From: an uncultured Candidatus Rokubacteria bacterium | GTDB lineage: Bacteria; Methylomirabilota; Methylomirabilia; Rokubacteriales; CSP1-6 | DNA length: 64,000 bases | NCBI GenBank assembly: GCA_963789955.1 | Contig: CAWBMV010000022.1 | Location: 384,001-448,000 of the forward strand | Direction of reading: 5' to 3' | Part shown: positions 34,809 through 44,832 of the stretch, one piece after another | Position numbering within the stretch: the stretch's first letter is position 1 | Layout: each line of letters opens with the position of its first letter | Notes under the pieces: model-generated | Database searches by the model: none | What the model was told of the DNA's origin: nothing | The model's input: only the letters and a program-made list of their open reading frames with translations | Position numbers and translations under genes: made by a program

Positions 34809-36310
34809 AGCTTGAGACCCTTGAACCGGATGATGCCGTCCGGATACGGCGTGAAGCCCTGCACCTTGACGTTGAGACCGGTGAAGACCCGGCGGTGCCA
34901 CAGGATCAGGCGCGGAAGGTCGCGCAGCATGATCTCGGTCGTCTGGTCGTAGAGCTTCTTGCGCTCGGCGGGGTCCGACTCGTGGCGCGCCTTCGTGAGG
35001 ATCCCGTCGATGTCGTGGTTGCAGTACTTGCTGTCGTTCTGGCCGCCGTTGCACGTCGTGAAGGTGAAGATGTTGCCGTCCGGATCCGGGCGCCCGCTCC
35101 AGAACGTGAAGTAGGCCTCGAAGTCACCCTTGCGGCCGGCCGTGAGCATCGTGACGTTCTCCTGCGTCTGGATCGTCATCGTGATCCCGGCCTCGGCCAG
35201 CATGGCCTGGATCACCAGCGCCGCTTCCTGCCGGTCGCGCTCGGGCGGCACGATGAGCGTGAAGGCGAGATTGGGCTGTCCGGCCTCGCGCAGGAGCTGG
35301 CGCGCCCGGGCGACGTCGCGGTGCTTCACGGGGAATTTCGCGTTGTAGAACGGGCTCGACGGGTTGACGAACTGATTGCCCGGAATGTACTCGTTGTTGA
35401 ACACCGTCTTGATGATCGTCTCGCGGTCGATGGCGAGGTCGATCGCCTGGCGCAAACGGGGGTCGGCGCCCAGCACCTTGCCGCGCGGGCCGTTGTTCAG
35501 GTTGAGCGGCAGCATCTGGTAGCCGAGCTCGGGGACGCCGACCACCTTGAGCTTGGGGTCGCTGCGGACCTGCGCGAGATCGGTGGGCGAGACACGCTCG
35601 ATCATCTGCAGGTCGCCCGAGCGCAGATTGGCCAGCCGAGCCGTCGAGTCGATGATCGGCACGAACTCGATCCGATCGACGTGGATGTTGGCCTTGTCCC
35701 AGTAGTCGGCGAACCGCTCGCCGACGATCTTGCCCTGCGCCACGCGCTCGACGAACTTGAAGGGCCCGGCGCACACCGGGCGCGTGCCGAACTTGTCGCC
35801 GAGCTCGCGCGCCGCCTTCGGCGAGATCATCATGCCGGAGCGGTCGGTCAGCGCGGCGATCAGCGGCACCAGCGGCTCGGCGAGGTTGAAGCGAACCGTG
35901 AGGTCGTTGACGATGTCGACGCTCTTGATCTCGCCGATCTCGCTCTTGCGGAACGAGCCCGGCGTCGACAGATGGCGCTCGATGTTGAAGCGCACCGCCT
36001 CGGCGTTGAACGGCTCGCCGTCGTGGAACTTCACCCCGGGCCGCAGCTTGATCACGACCGAGCGGCCGCCGGCGGTCCACTCGTAGCCGGTGGCGAGCTG
36101 CGGGACGATCTTGATGTCGGGCGTGACGTCGAAGAGCTTGTCGCAGAACGCGGCGAAGACCAGGCGGCCGATGTAGGCGCGGCTGATCGTGGGATCGAGG
36201 GCGTCGGGATCGTCGTTCAGACCGATGCGCAGCACCGTCTGGGCCGAGGCCACGCCGGCTTCGAGCAGCACGAGCACGAGGAAGGCCGTCAGTATCCGCG
36301 TCCAGCGCAT
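34805..36310 (-). CDS. Peptide/nickel ABC substrate-binding protein (family 5)
   Basis: Signal peptide; DPDALDP, PQLAT, KFHDG, PVCAGPFKF, WSGRPDPDGN. Confidence 0.93.
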   Translation of the reverse strand: MRWTRILTAFLVLVLLEAGVASAQTVLRIGLNDDPDALDPTISRAYIGRLVFAAFCDKLFDVTPDIKIVPQLATGYEWTAGGRSVVIKLRPGVKFHDGEPFNAEAVRFNIERHLSTPGSFRKSEIGEIKSVDIVNDLTVRFNLAEPLVPLIAALTDRSGMMISPKAARELGDKFGTRPVCAGPFKFVERVAQGKIVGERFADYWDKANIHVDRIEFVPIIDSTARLANLRSGDLQMIERVSPTDLAQVRSDPKLKVVGVPELGYQMLPLNLNNGPRGKVLGADPRLRQAIDLAIDRETIIKTVFNNEYIPGNQFVNPSSPFYNAKFPVKHRDVARARQLLREAGQPNLAFTLIVPPERDRQEAALVIQAMLAEAGITMTIQTQENVTMLTAGRKGDFEAYFTFWSGRPDPDGNIFTFTTCNGGQNDSKYCNHDIDGILTKARHESDPAERKKLYDQTTEIMLRDLPRLILWHRRVFTGLNVKVQGFTPYPDGIIRFKGLKL

Positions 36311-36327
36311 GTGGCGAGCTCCTATAG

Positions 36328-36376
36328 GCTCGCCTCGGCCGGCGGGGCCCCAGCCCCGCGACGTCCTGCGGCGAGC
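36328..36376 (-). repeat. 49-nt hairpin repeat, copy 3 (inverted orientation)
   Basis: Minus strand GCTCGCC-GCA-GGACG-TC-GCGGGGC-TGGG-GCCCCGC-CGGCC-GA-GGCGAGC. Confidence 0.95.
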
Positions 36377-36618
36377 ACTACCACTCCTGGGCGGGGTTGA
36401 TCTGGTCGTCTACGGTGACGGCGCTCCGCCGGAGTCGGCATCATAACAAGCGCCGCGCGACCTTGTCACCCCGCGCGGGTGATCTCGAGGACGGCCGGGA
36501 TGCGCGTGGCTTGACTCGGCGTGCTCGGCGGCGCAGCATCGCCAGGCGGACGGCGGAGAGCCGCACGAACGGCCATGAGGCGCGGCGTCAACCGGTGGCC
36601 GATGAGGAGAACCAGGAC

Positions 36619-37383
36619 GTGAGCGACTACGACGCGGCATTGGCGCGATGCGGGATGCTGGACGAGGAGGCGCTGGCGCGGCCATGGCCGTTTCGCGGGC
36701 GCCAGATGGACGTCCGATACGCCCTCTATCGGACGCTCGAGGACGCGCAGGAGGTGCACGTGCGCGTGTCGGCCGCCGATCATCCCGAATCGCGCCGGAT
36801 TCTCGCGCTGGCGCAGGAGGCGTTCGGCAGCCTGCGCGCCCTCCTGGTCGGCGTGCCGGAAACCTTGCTCGACAAGAGCCCGCGCGCGGGTGAGTGGTCG
36901 ATCCGGGAGATCATTCTGCACATGGTGGCGGTCGAGCAACGGTACGCCCTGCAGACCAGGTACGCGATCGATCGAACCGACGCGGACCCGATGCGCATTG
37001 CCGACAACCGGCTGCCCTCGCTGACGCCGCCGACCGTCGGCGGCGAGATCGAGGTCCTTCTCGCGCGGCTCGCCGACGCGCGCGCTGAAACGGGCCGCTG
37101 GCTGGGCGACGTGGCGCCCGCGGGCCTGACCCGGCCGACGATCTGGGGCGGCTACGAGATCGACGTGCGCTTTCGCCTGCATCGATTCGCGGCCCACGTC
37201 GTCGAGCACACGATTCAGTGCGAGAAGACGTTGCTCGCGCTGGGATGGCGCCCGACCGAGGGCCGGCGGATCGCGCGGCGCGTGGCCGCCGCCATCGGCG
37301 AGATCGAGGGGTTGGACGCCGTCAAGGACGCGCGGGAGCTCGAGGCTCGTCTGGTCGAGCGCGTCGCATCGGTGGCGTCGTGA
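36619..37383 (+). CDS. DinB-family protein
   Basis: GEWSIREIILHM, H..EH motif; GTG start after AGGAG. Confidence 0.82.
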   Translation: MSDYDAALARCGMLDEEALARPWPFRGRQMDVRYALYRTLEDAQEVHVRVSAADHPESRRILALAQEAFGSLRALLVGVPETLLDKSPRAGEWSIREIILHMVAVEQRYALQTRYAIDRTDADPMRIADNRLPSLTPPTVGGEIEVLLARLADARAETGRWLGDVAPAGLTRPTIWGGYEIDVRFRLHRFAAHVVEHTIQCEKTLLALGWRPTEGRRIARRVAAAIGEIEGLDAVKDARELEARLVERVASVAS

Positions 37384-37397
37384 CCGCCGGGCGGGGC

Positions 37398-39375
37398 ATG
37401 GTTCCCGAGGACCTGACGCGCATCCAGTTCGTGACCGATCCCCAGCTCTCGCCCGACGGCCGGCGGATCGCGTTCGTCGTGACGTCACTGTCCGAGGAGC
37501 GCGACGAGTACCTCGCCAACATCTGGATCGTCGAGACGACCGGCGGCACGCCTCGTCGCTTTACGGCCGGGCCGCGGCGCGACATCGAGCCGCGGTGGTC
37601 GCCGGACGGCACGCGGCTCGCGTTCCTCTCCGAACGCGCGCCCAAGGACAAGCTGCAGCTCTACGTGATGCCGGCCGACGGCGGCGAGCCGACCAAGCTG
37701 ACGGCGCTCGAGAACGGCGTCTCGAGCGCCGCATGGTCGCCGGACGGGACGCGCCTGACGTTCGTCTCCGCGGTCGGGGGCCAGCGCGAGCCTGACAGCG
37801 AGGAAGAGAAGCGCAAGTCGCGGCCCGCGCGCGTGATCACCTCCGTGAAGTATCGCTTCAACGGCGAGGGGTTCACCTACGACCGTCGCCCGCACGTCTT
37901 CGTCGTCTCGACCGACGGCTCGGCGCCGGTGCAGGTCTCCGACGGCGACTTCATCGACGCCGATCCAACGTGGTCCCCGGACGGTGGCTCGATCGTGTTC
38001 ACCTCGGCCCGTCACACGGAGCGTGACGACGACGACGCGAGCGATCTCTGGCGTGTGGACGCCAAGGGGGGAATACCGCAGCGTCTCACCGCGACGACCG
38101 GGCCCGTCATGCTCCCCGCGTTCTCGCCGGACGGCCGCTCGATCGCCTACCTCGCACGACCGGCGAAGAACGCGTACGGCCGCAACGTGCGGCTCTACGT
38201 CGTCCCGTCCGAGGGCGCCGCCAGCGCCACGTGTCTCACCGGCGCGCTCGATCGGTCCTGTGGCGCCTTGCACGTGCGTCCGCTCTGGTCGCCGGACGGC
38301 CGCTCGATCGTCGTGGCCGGCGAAGACCATGGCGACGTCGGGCTCTGGCGGGCCGCCGCATCCGGTCACGAGCCGCCCGCCCGGATCGTCGGTGGAGCCC
38401 GTTCGATCAACGGATTCTCGGCCTCAGCCGACGGACGAGCACTCGCGTTCGCGGCCAGCAGCCCGACGGCGCCGGCCGAGGTCTTCACGTGCCGGGCGGA
38501 CGGCGGCGACGAGCGCCGGCTGAGCGAGCTGAATCGCGCGTGGACGGATTCGGTGGCGCTTTCGGCGCCGGAACGCTTTCGCTTCACGCGCGCCGGCTTC
38601 GAGCTGGACGTCTGGGTGATGCGCCCGGCCGGATTTCGTCGCCGGGCAGCGCTACCCGACGCTCGTCAACATCCACGGTGGTCCTCACGCGCAGTACGGC
38701 CACAACTTCTTCGACGAGTTCCAGGTGTACGCCGGCGCGGGCTACGCCGTCGTCTACACCAACCCGCGCGGCAGTCAGGGATACGGTGAAGCCTTCACCC
38801 AGGCGGTCGTCGGCGACTGGGGCGGCGGCGACTACGCCGACGTGATGGGCGCGCTCGACGAGGCCCTGGCGCGCTATCCGTTCATCGACCCCGACCGGCT
38901 CGGGGTGCTCGGCGGCAGCTACGGCGGCTTTCTCACGAGCTGGATCGTCGGCCACTCGAAGCGCTTCAAGGCCGCATGCTCCGAGCGCGCGGTGAACTGC
39001 CAGTACACGATGTTCGGCACCAGCGACATCGGCCATAGCTTCAACGTCGTGGAGCTCGGCGGCCCGATGCCGTGGGAGGACATGGCGCGCTACATCGAGC
39101 GCTCGCCGCTGACGTACGCGAAGGACGTCGTGACGCCGCTCCTGATCATCCACTCCGAGGACGACCTGCGCTGCCCGATCGAGCAGGGCGAGCAGCTCTT
39201 CGTCGCGCTCAAGAAGCTTGGGCGCGAGGTCCGTTTCATCCGCTTTCCCGGCGAGAACCACGAGATGTCACGCTCCGGCAAGCCACGCCACCGGCTCGAG
39301 CGGTTCCGGCACATTCTCGAGTGGTTCGGCGCCTACCTGAGCAAGGCCACGGCGGGGGCTACGACGAGGACCTGA
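37398..39375 (+). CDS. S9-family (acylaminoacyl/dipeptidyl) peptidase, frameshift near 38640
   Basis: WSPDG propeller repeats; IHGGPH, NPRGS.GYG, GGSYGG, HSEDDLRC, GENH. Confidence 0.93.
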
Positions 39376-39453
39376 GGCGCTGTTCGATAGCTTGCGCCGG
39401 CGCGGGATCGCCGATACTGTCCTCGCGGATACCGTCACTTCAAGGAGGGGGGC

Positions 39454-39936
39454 GTGACACGAACCTTCGATCCTCGCCGCTGCCATCCAGTGGGCTGGCT
39501 CCTGCTGCTGACGGTTCTGCTCGTCCCGCTTGGCTGCTCGTTCTCGGCCAGCTCGAACAGCTTGTCGGACTCCTTCGCGAGCAGCTCGAAGAGCTCGAAG
39601 AGCTCGTCGGACTCCTCCGCGAGCAGCTCGGCCTCATCGAGCCCGGGCGACAGCGCCTACTACGACAACGTGCGGAGCACCACCGAGGCCTACGCCAAGT
39701 CGGGCGGCCCCTTCGACGCCTATCAGAAGAAGCTCGGCGATCTGGCTAAGGAGCGCGGCGTCACGAACTGGGAAGAGAATCTCGGGACCTACGCCGCCAT
39801 CGGCGAAGGGCTCGGGCAGGCCAAGGCGAGCCAGGGCCTGGTGGACACGTTCAAGAGCCGCCTGACCCCGCCGGGCAGCGCGAACAGCGCCGACAAGCAG
39901 TCCGCGATCCAGAAAGGCTACGACTCCAAGAAGTGA
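39454..39936 (+). CDS. Putative lipoprotein with Ser-rich N-terminal region
   Basis: Lipobox PLGC, then SFSASSNSLSDS...SSS; RBS AAGGAGG. Confidence 0.8.
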   Translation: MTRTFDPRRCHPVGWLLLLTVLLVPLGCSFSASSNSLSDSFASSSKSSKSSSDSSASSSASSSPGDSAYYDNVRSTTEAYAKSGGPFDAYQKKLGDLAKERGVTNWEENLGTYAAIGEGLGQAKASQGLVDTFKSRLTPPGSANSADKQSAIQKGYDSKK

Positions 39937-40006
39937 GCCGGCCGGGGTCGCCTGGTCGGGCTAGGAAGATAGGTCCGAGCGGAACGTCTCGCGATCCTCG
40001 TCGCAA

Positions 40007-40149
40007 TTAGCGGGGGTCGGCGTCGTTTGCATCATCTGCGACCAGCCCGTGGCCCAAGATCAGATGGAGTTCGCGAATCGGATTTGCAGGCGACGAGACC
40101 ATGCCCGGAGTGGACACGTACCACGTCCACCTCCAAGGACATGCCCTGA
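40007..40149 (+). pseudogene. Degenerate remnant of a small CxxC/HxH protein
   Basis: AGVGVVCIICDQPVAQDQMEF then, after a frameshift, IGFAGDETMPGVDTYHVHL; no start codon or RBS. Confidence 0.35.
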
Positions 40150-40208
40150 TCTCTATCTCACCGCAGCGAACGCTTCAAGTGTGTCGATTCCTGGACGGAC
40201 GAGCTGTT

Positions 40209-40589
40209 CTACTCGACGTCGATCTCGATATACGCTCGACGCCGGGCGCGGCCGGTAAGAGCGGAGAAGAGATCAGCCACCCGCATCTGCCAGCCGTACT
40301 TCGCCCGTAGTGCCCCGTGCGCCCGGTCGATCACGGCGGGCTCCGCAATCAGACGCGCCGTCGCGGCGCGCGCCGCACCCTGTACGCGCCCCCGCGAATC
40401 CGACGGCGCGACGCGTGCCTTCGCCGTATGGCGCAAACGCTTGACCTTTCCGGAGTCGCCCATGGTGAACACGTAGAGCCTGGCACCGGAGGCCGCGAAC
40501 CACACCGGTGTGGCCACCTCAGCGCCGTTGCGGCGGAAGGTCGAGAGGCTGATGTAGCGGTGGTGATCGAGGTCGCCGACGACGCTCAC
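40209..40589 (-). CDS. PPOX-class F420-dependent oxidoreductase-like protein
   Basis: YISLSTFRRNG..VATPVW, SGKVKRLR, KYGW. Confidence 0.9.
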   Translation of the reverse strand: MSVVGDLDHHRYISLSTFRRNGAEVATPVWFAASGARLYVFTMGDSGKVKRLRHTAKARVAPSDSRGRVQGAARAATARLIAEPAVIDRAHGALRAKYGWQMRVADLFSALTGRARRRAYIEIDVE

Positions 40590-40663
40590 GATGGGCTGAT
40601 GGTACCATCCGGTTCTCGGCGAACCGCGGCGCACGAACGCGACCAACACCCGGAGGCAGGCGC

Positions 40664-41413
40664 ATGGGAAAGCTCGAAGGCAGGATCGCCCTGGTGACCG
40701 GCTCGGGCCGTAACATCGGCCGCGCGACCGTGCTGAAGCTGGCCGAAGAAGGCGCGCACGTGGTGGTCAACTCCCGCACGAACCAGGCCGAAGCCGAGGC
40801 GGTCGCGCGTGAGGCGCAGGCCAGGGGTGTCAAGGCGATCGCGGTCGTCGCCGACGTCGCCCGGAAGGACCAGGTCGACGCGATGGTCGCCCGGGCGATG
40901 TCGGAGTTCGGCCGGATCGACATCCTCGTCAACAACGCGGCGATCCGCCCGCACAAGCCCTTCACCGAGGTGACGGTGCAGGACTGGGAGGCGGTGCGGG
41001 GCGTCGTGCTCGACGGCGCCGTGTATTGCACGCGCGCGGTCATCGAGTCGATGGTCAAGAACAAGTACGGACGGATCGTCTTCTTCACCGGCGAGGGCGC
41101 GTTCATGGGCGGCTCCGGACGCGCCGCAGTGTCCGCGGCCAAGATGGGCCTGGTCGGGCTCGCGCGCGGTCTCGCATCCGAGTTCGCCGCGCAGAACATC
41201 CGGGTCAACGTCGTCTCGCCCGGGAGCATCGACACCTCGCGCGCGAATCCCGAGTGGTACCAGGGGCGAACGCCGAATGCCGCGGGGATTCCGCTCGGAC
41301 GGCAGGGGACCGTCGACGAGATCGCCGCCACCTGCCTGTTCCTGGTCAGCGACGACGGCGGCTTCATCACGGGCCAGACCATTCACGCCAACGGCGGCGT
41401 CGCGTACTACTGA
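40664..41413 (+). CDS. SDR family oxidoreductase
   Basis: TGSGRNIG, NNAA, atypical VSAAK in place of YxxxK, VNVVSPG. Confidence 0.92.
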   Translation: MGKLEGRIALVTGSGRNIGRATVLKLAEEGAHVVVNSRTNQAEAEAVAREAQARGVKAIAVVADVARKDQVDAMVARAMSEFGRIDILVNNAAIRPHKPFTEVTVQDWEAVRGVVLDGAVYCTRAVIESMVKNKYGRIVFFTGEGAFMGGSGRAAVSAAKMGLVGLARGLASEFAAQNIRVNVVSPGSIDTSRANPEWYQGRTPNAAGIPLGRQGTVDEIAATCLFLVSDDGGFITGQTIHANGGVAYY

Positions 41414-41432
41414 GCGCCAGGGGAGAGCACCG

Positions 41433-42632
41433 ATGAAGCGCAGCACGGACCGGATCCTGACCACGCACGTGGGAAGCCTCGCGCGGCCCGACGAGCTCGC
41501 CGCGATTCTCCGATCGAAGGACCGTGGCCAGCCGTACGACGACGGGGCCTACACGAAGCTCGTGCGCGGCGCGGTGGCGGACGTCGTCCGCCGGCAGACC
41601 GAGGCCGGCGTCGACGTCGTCACCGACGGTGAGCAGGGCAAGGCGAGCTTCTTCGGCTACATCGTCGAGCGCTTCAACGGCTTCACGCGCAAGCCCGCGC
41701 CCGCCGGCCAGGAGGGCAACCCCCGAGGCCCGAGCCGCGAGTATCAGGCGTTTCCCGACTACTACGCGTGGTCCGAGCGGATCGCCGAATGGGCGGGCGG
41801 ACGCGGCGGCGATCGCAACCGGTACGGCGTCCACGTCTGCACGGGGCCGATCGGCTACAAGGGCCACGCGGCGGTCCGGACCGACGTCGAGAACATCGAG
41901 CTCGCGCTGAAGGGCCTGCGGCACGAAGAGGTCTTCGTGCCGGCGATCGCGCCCTCGTACGTCTTCGCGACGCTCGCGAACGAGTTCTATCGCACCGAGG
42001 AAGAGTACGAGCAGGCGCTGGCCGACGCGCTCCGCGAGGAATACCGCGCGATCGTCGACGCCGGCTTCGTGCTGCAGATCGACGATCCGCGCCTGGTCAC
42101 CCAGTACATGATGACGCCCGGCCTCAGCGTGGCCGACTGCCGGAAGTGGGCGGAGAAGCGGGTCGAGGCGATCAACTATTCGCTACGCGGGATCCCGCGC
42201 GAGAAGGTTCGCTTCCACACCTGCTACAGCATCGACGTCGGCCCGCGTGTCTACGACATGGAGCTGAAGGACATCGTCGACATCCTCCTGAAGATCAACG
42301 CCGGCGCGTATTCCTTCGAGGCGGCGAATCCGCGGCACGAGCACGAGTACCACGTCTTCGAGCACGTCCGGCCGCCCGACGGCACGATCCTCATTCCGGG
42401 CGTCATCAGCCACACCACGAACCTGGTCGAGCACCCGGAGCTCATCGCCGAGCGGATCGTGCGCTACGCCAAGATCGTCGGCCGCGAGAACGTCATCGCC
42501 GGCGCCGATTGCGGATTCGCCGCCTCCGGCATTCGCTTCAACGACGTCCACCCGAGTGTCGTGTGGCTGAAGTTCGCGGCCATGGCGGAGGGAGCCCGCC
42601 TGGCGACCAAGCAGCTCTGGGGACGCGCGTGA
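41433..42632 (+). CDS. Cobalamin-independent methionine synthase II family protein
   Basis: TTHVGSL, DGEQ, LQIDDP, HTC, EAANPRHEHE, GADCGF. Confidence 0.92.
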   Translation: MKRSTDRILTTHVGSLARPDELAAILRSKDRGQPYDDGAYTKLVRGAVADVVRRQTEAGVDVVTDGEQGKASFFGYIVERFNGFTRKPAPAGQEGNPRGPSREYQAFPDYYAWSERIAEWAGGRGGDRNRYGVHVCTGPIGYKGHAAVRTDVENIELALKGLRHEEVFVPAIAPSYVFATLANEFYRTEEEYEQALADALREEYRAIVDAGFVLQIDDPRLVTQYMMTPGLSVADCRKWAEKRVEAINYSLRGIPREKVRFHTCYSIDVGPRVYDMELKDIVDILLKINAGAYSFEAANPRHEHEYHVFEHVRPPDGTILIPGVISHTTNLVEHPELIAERIVRYAKIVGRENVIAGADCGFAASGIRFNDVHPSVVWLKFAAMAEGARLATKQLWGRA

Positions 42633-42734
42633 GGCGGTCCGTCTCCTCTCACATCCGCCCATAGCCGGAGGAGGGGTGATGGGCTCATAGCTTTCCCCCC
42701 AGCCGGGAGCCTACGCTCTATACTGAGCGCCCCG

Positions 42735-43007
42735 ATGCTTCCTCTACTCAAGCGAATCGCGCGATGGGGCGTGGCGCTCGCGCTGATCGTCATCGGACTC
42801 GCGCTCTCCATCCCGGGGGTGCCGGGTCCCGGCTTCCTGGTCATCCTGATCGGCATCTTCGTGCTCCTGCCCGAGAGCCGATGGCTCCGGAAGAAATACG
42901 CGGCGCTCAAGCACCGCTATCCCCGGATCTTCAGCCCGATCGAAACGCGGCGGGCGCGGGCGCGCCAGGCGCGACACGCCGACCGCCGGTCGCGGCGCGG
43001 GTCGTGA
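42735..43007 (+). CDS. PGPGW-like small membrane protein
   Basis: Two TM helices around PGVPGPGF. Confidence 0.75.
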   Translation: MLPLLKRIARWGVALALIVIGLALSIPGVPGPGFLVILIGIFVLLPESRWLRKKYAALKHRYPRIFSPIETRRARARQARHADRRSRRGS

Positions 43008-43090
43008 CGATGTCCCACGCGCCGATGTCGCGCTATCATGCGCGGCGCACGCGGGCGAGACCGCCCGCGATCGACACCAGGAGGCGACAC

Positions 43091-43567
43091 ATGGCACTGC
43101 AGGTGCGGCGAGTCATCACCGGCCACGACGGCAACGGCCGCGCGATCGTGAAGATCGACGAGGTCTGCAAGCACCTCGGCTCGGGCCGGCCGGGCGCGAC
43201 GGCGGTCAACATCTGGACCACCGAGGGCTTTCCCGCCAACAACGACGGCGCGGCCGACGAAGGCCTGCGCAAGGTCGGCACGACCCTGACGAAGGGGACG
43301 ATCTTCCGCGTGATCGAGTTCGCGCCGGGGCTCGCGGCGCGCAACCATCGCACCGACTCGATCGACTACATCGTGATCATCTCGGGCGAGATCGACATGG
43401 AGCTCGACGATTCGGTCGTGCACCTCAAGGCCGGCGACGTGATGGTGCAGCGGGGTACGATCCACAACTGGGTCAACAACGGTACCGCCCCGTGCGTCCT
43501 CGCGGTCATCCTAATCGACGCCAAATCAGTCGAAGCCGGCGGGAAAGTCCTGAACGCGATCGGATAG
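43091..43567 (+). CDS. Cupin-domain protein
   Basis: RRVITGHD, HRTDSIDY, GDVMVQRGTIHNW. Confidence 0.9.
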   Translation: MALQVRRVITGHDGNGRAIVKIDEVCKHLGSGRPGATAVNIWTTEGFPANNDGAADEGLRKVGTTLTKGTIFRVIEFAPGLAARNHRTDSIDYIVIISGEIDMELDDSVVHLKAGDVMVQRGTIHNWVNNGTAPCVLAVILIDAKSVEAGGKVLNAIG

Positions 43568-43573
43568 GACGAA

Positions 43574-43602
43574 GAAGCGCCCCGGACTAACCGGGGCGCT
43601 TC
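43574..43602. terminator. Probable bidirectional terminator hairpin
   Basis: GAAGCGCCCCGG-ACTAA-CCGGGGCGCTTC between convergent genes. Confidence 0.7.
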
Positions 43603-43639
43603 CGAGCAACTGTTGGGGCCCGTCGAGGTCCCTATCCGA

Positions 43640-44779
43640 TCACATCAATCCGTAGAACTTTCCCGCATTCTCACACGTCATCTTCCGCGTCACGTCGTCG
43701 GGCAGATGCTTGAACTGCTCGGAGATGTACTTGGCCGACTCCGGCCATACGCCGTCGGGATGCGGGTAGTCGCTGCCCCACATCAAGGTCTCGACGCCCA
43801 TCTCGTCGATCAGCTTGGTGCCGACGCGATCGTACTGGAAGGTCGCCTTGCACTGGCGGCGCCAGTACTCGCTCGGCCTCATCTTGAGCGGCAGGTCCTT
43901 GTACTGGTCCTCGTACTCGAAGTCCATGCGGTCGAGCACGTAGGGGATCCAGCCGATGCCGCTCTCGCCGAACGCAATGCGGAGGTTCGGGTAGCGCTCG
44001 AAGACGGCGCGTCCCATGAGCGCGGTCAGAATGTTCGCCAGGGTCATCTGGAACAGGCACAGGCCGCTGTACATCAGCGCGCGCTGCGTGAGGCCCGTGT
44101 ACTTCTCCCGCAGCGCCGGCGACACCGAGGGGAACGTGTGGAAGTGCAGCGGGATCCCGACCTCGTTGATGGCCGCCCACAGTGGCTCCCACTGGTGATG
44201 CCACATCGGCTCCATGTCCCACGAGCACGACAGCTCGATGCCCTTGAAGCCCAGCTTCGCCACGCGATGCACCTCGGCGACCGCGGCGTCGATGTCGCCG
44301 TACGGCAGGTTCGCGAGCCCGATGTGACGGTTGGGATAGTGGCGGCAGAACTCGGCCATCCACGTGTTGTAGATGCGCAGCATCTCGTTGGACGCTTCGA
44401 TGTCCTTCAGCTTCGCGGCCGCCGCCAGGATGCCGTAGATGACCTCGGCGTCGACGCCGTCGCGGTCCATCTCCTTGACGCGCAGGTGCGGATCACCGGG
44501 CCGGCGGATGCCCTTCTTGCCGTCCTCGTAGAGACCGGTCGAGGCCATGACGTCGACCCGGAGCTGCTTCCCGGGCTGGTACTTGGTGCCCGAGGCGCCC
44601 ACGCCACCCGCCAGACCGAAGACCGCGCCGTTGTTGGCGACCCAGCGCGGGCCATCGGGCCCGTCGGCCACGTAGGGCATGCGCTCCTTCAGCTCGCGCG
44701 GCGCTTCCGAGACGAACAGGTCCGGCGGCAACCAGATCAGATCGAGGTGACAGTCCGCCGAGATTCGGTTGTAGCCCAT
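43640..44779 (-). CDS. Amidohydrolase_2 family protein
   Basis: ISADCH, MDRDGV, LHFHT, ESGIGWIPY, WGSDYPH, NAGKFY. Confidence 0.93.
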   Translation of the reverse strand: MGYNRISADCHLDLIWLPPDLFVSEAPRELKERMPYVADGPDGPRWVANNGAVFGLAGGVGASGTKYQPGKQLRVDVMASTGLYEDGKKGIRRPGDPHLRVKEMDRDGVDAEVIYGILAAAAKLKDIEASNEMLRIYNTWMAEFCRHYPNRHIGLANLPYGDIDAAVAEVHRVAKLGFKGIELSCSWDMEPMWHHQWEPLWAAINEVGIPLHFHTFPSVSPALREKYTGLTQRALMYSGLCLFQMTLANILTALMGRAVFERYPNLRIAFGESGIGWIPYVLDRMDFEYEDQYKDLPLKMRPSEYWRRQCKATFQYDRVGTKLIDEMGVETLMWGSDYPHPDGVWPESAKYISEQFKHLPDDVTRKMTCENAGKFYGLM

Positions 44780-44832
44780 GGCTCGCCTCCCGTTAGACTT
44801 GCACTGCAAGCGGTTGCCACAATAGTACCGCG

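Noticed and set aside
32988..35054. DppB-DppC fusion suggested by the ORF track
   Set aside because: A frameshift near 33930 joins the frames; the DppB end (NPRLR..stop at 33854) and a GTG start for DppC are visible
44804..44819. Sigma54-like TGGCAACCGCTTGCA on minus strand
   Set aside because: GG to GC spacing is 9 nt rather than the required 10
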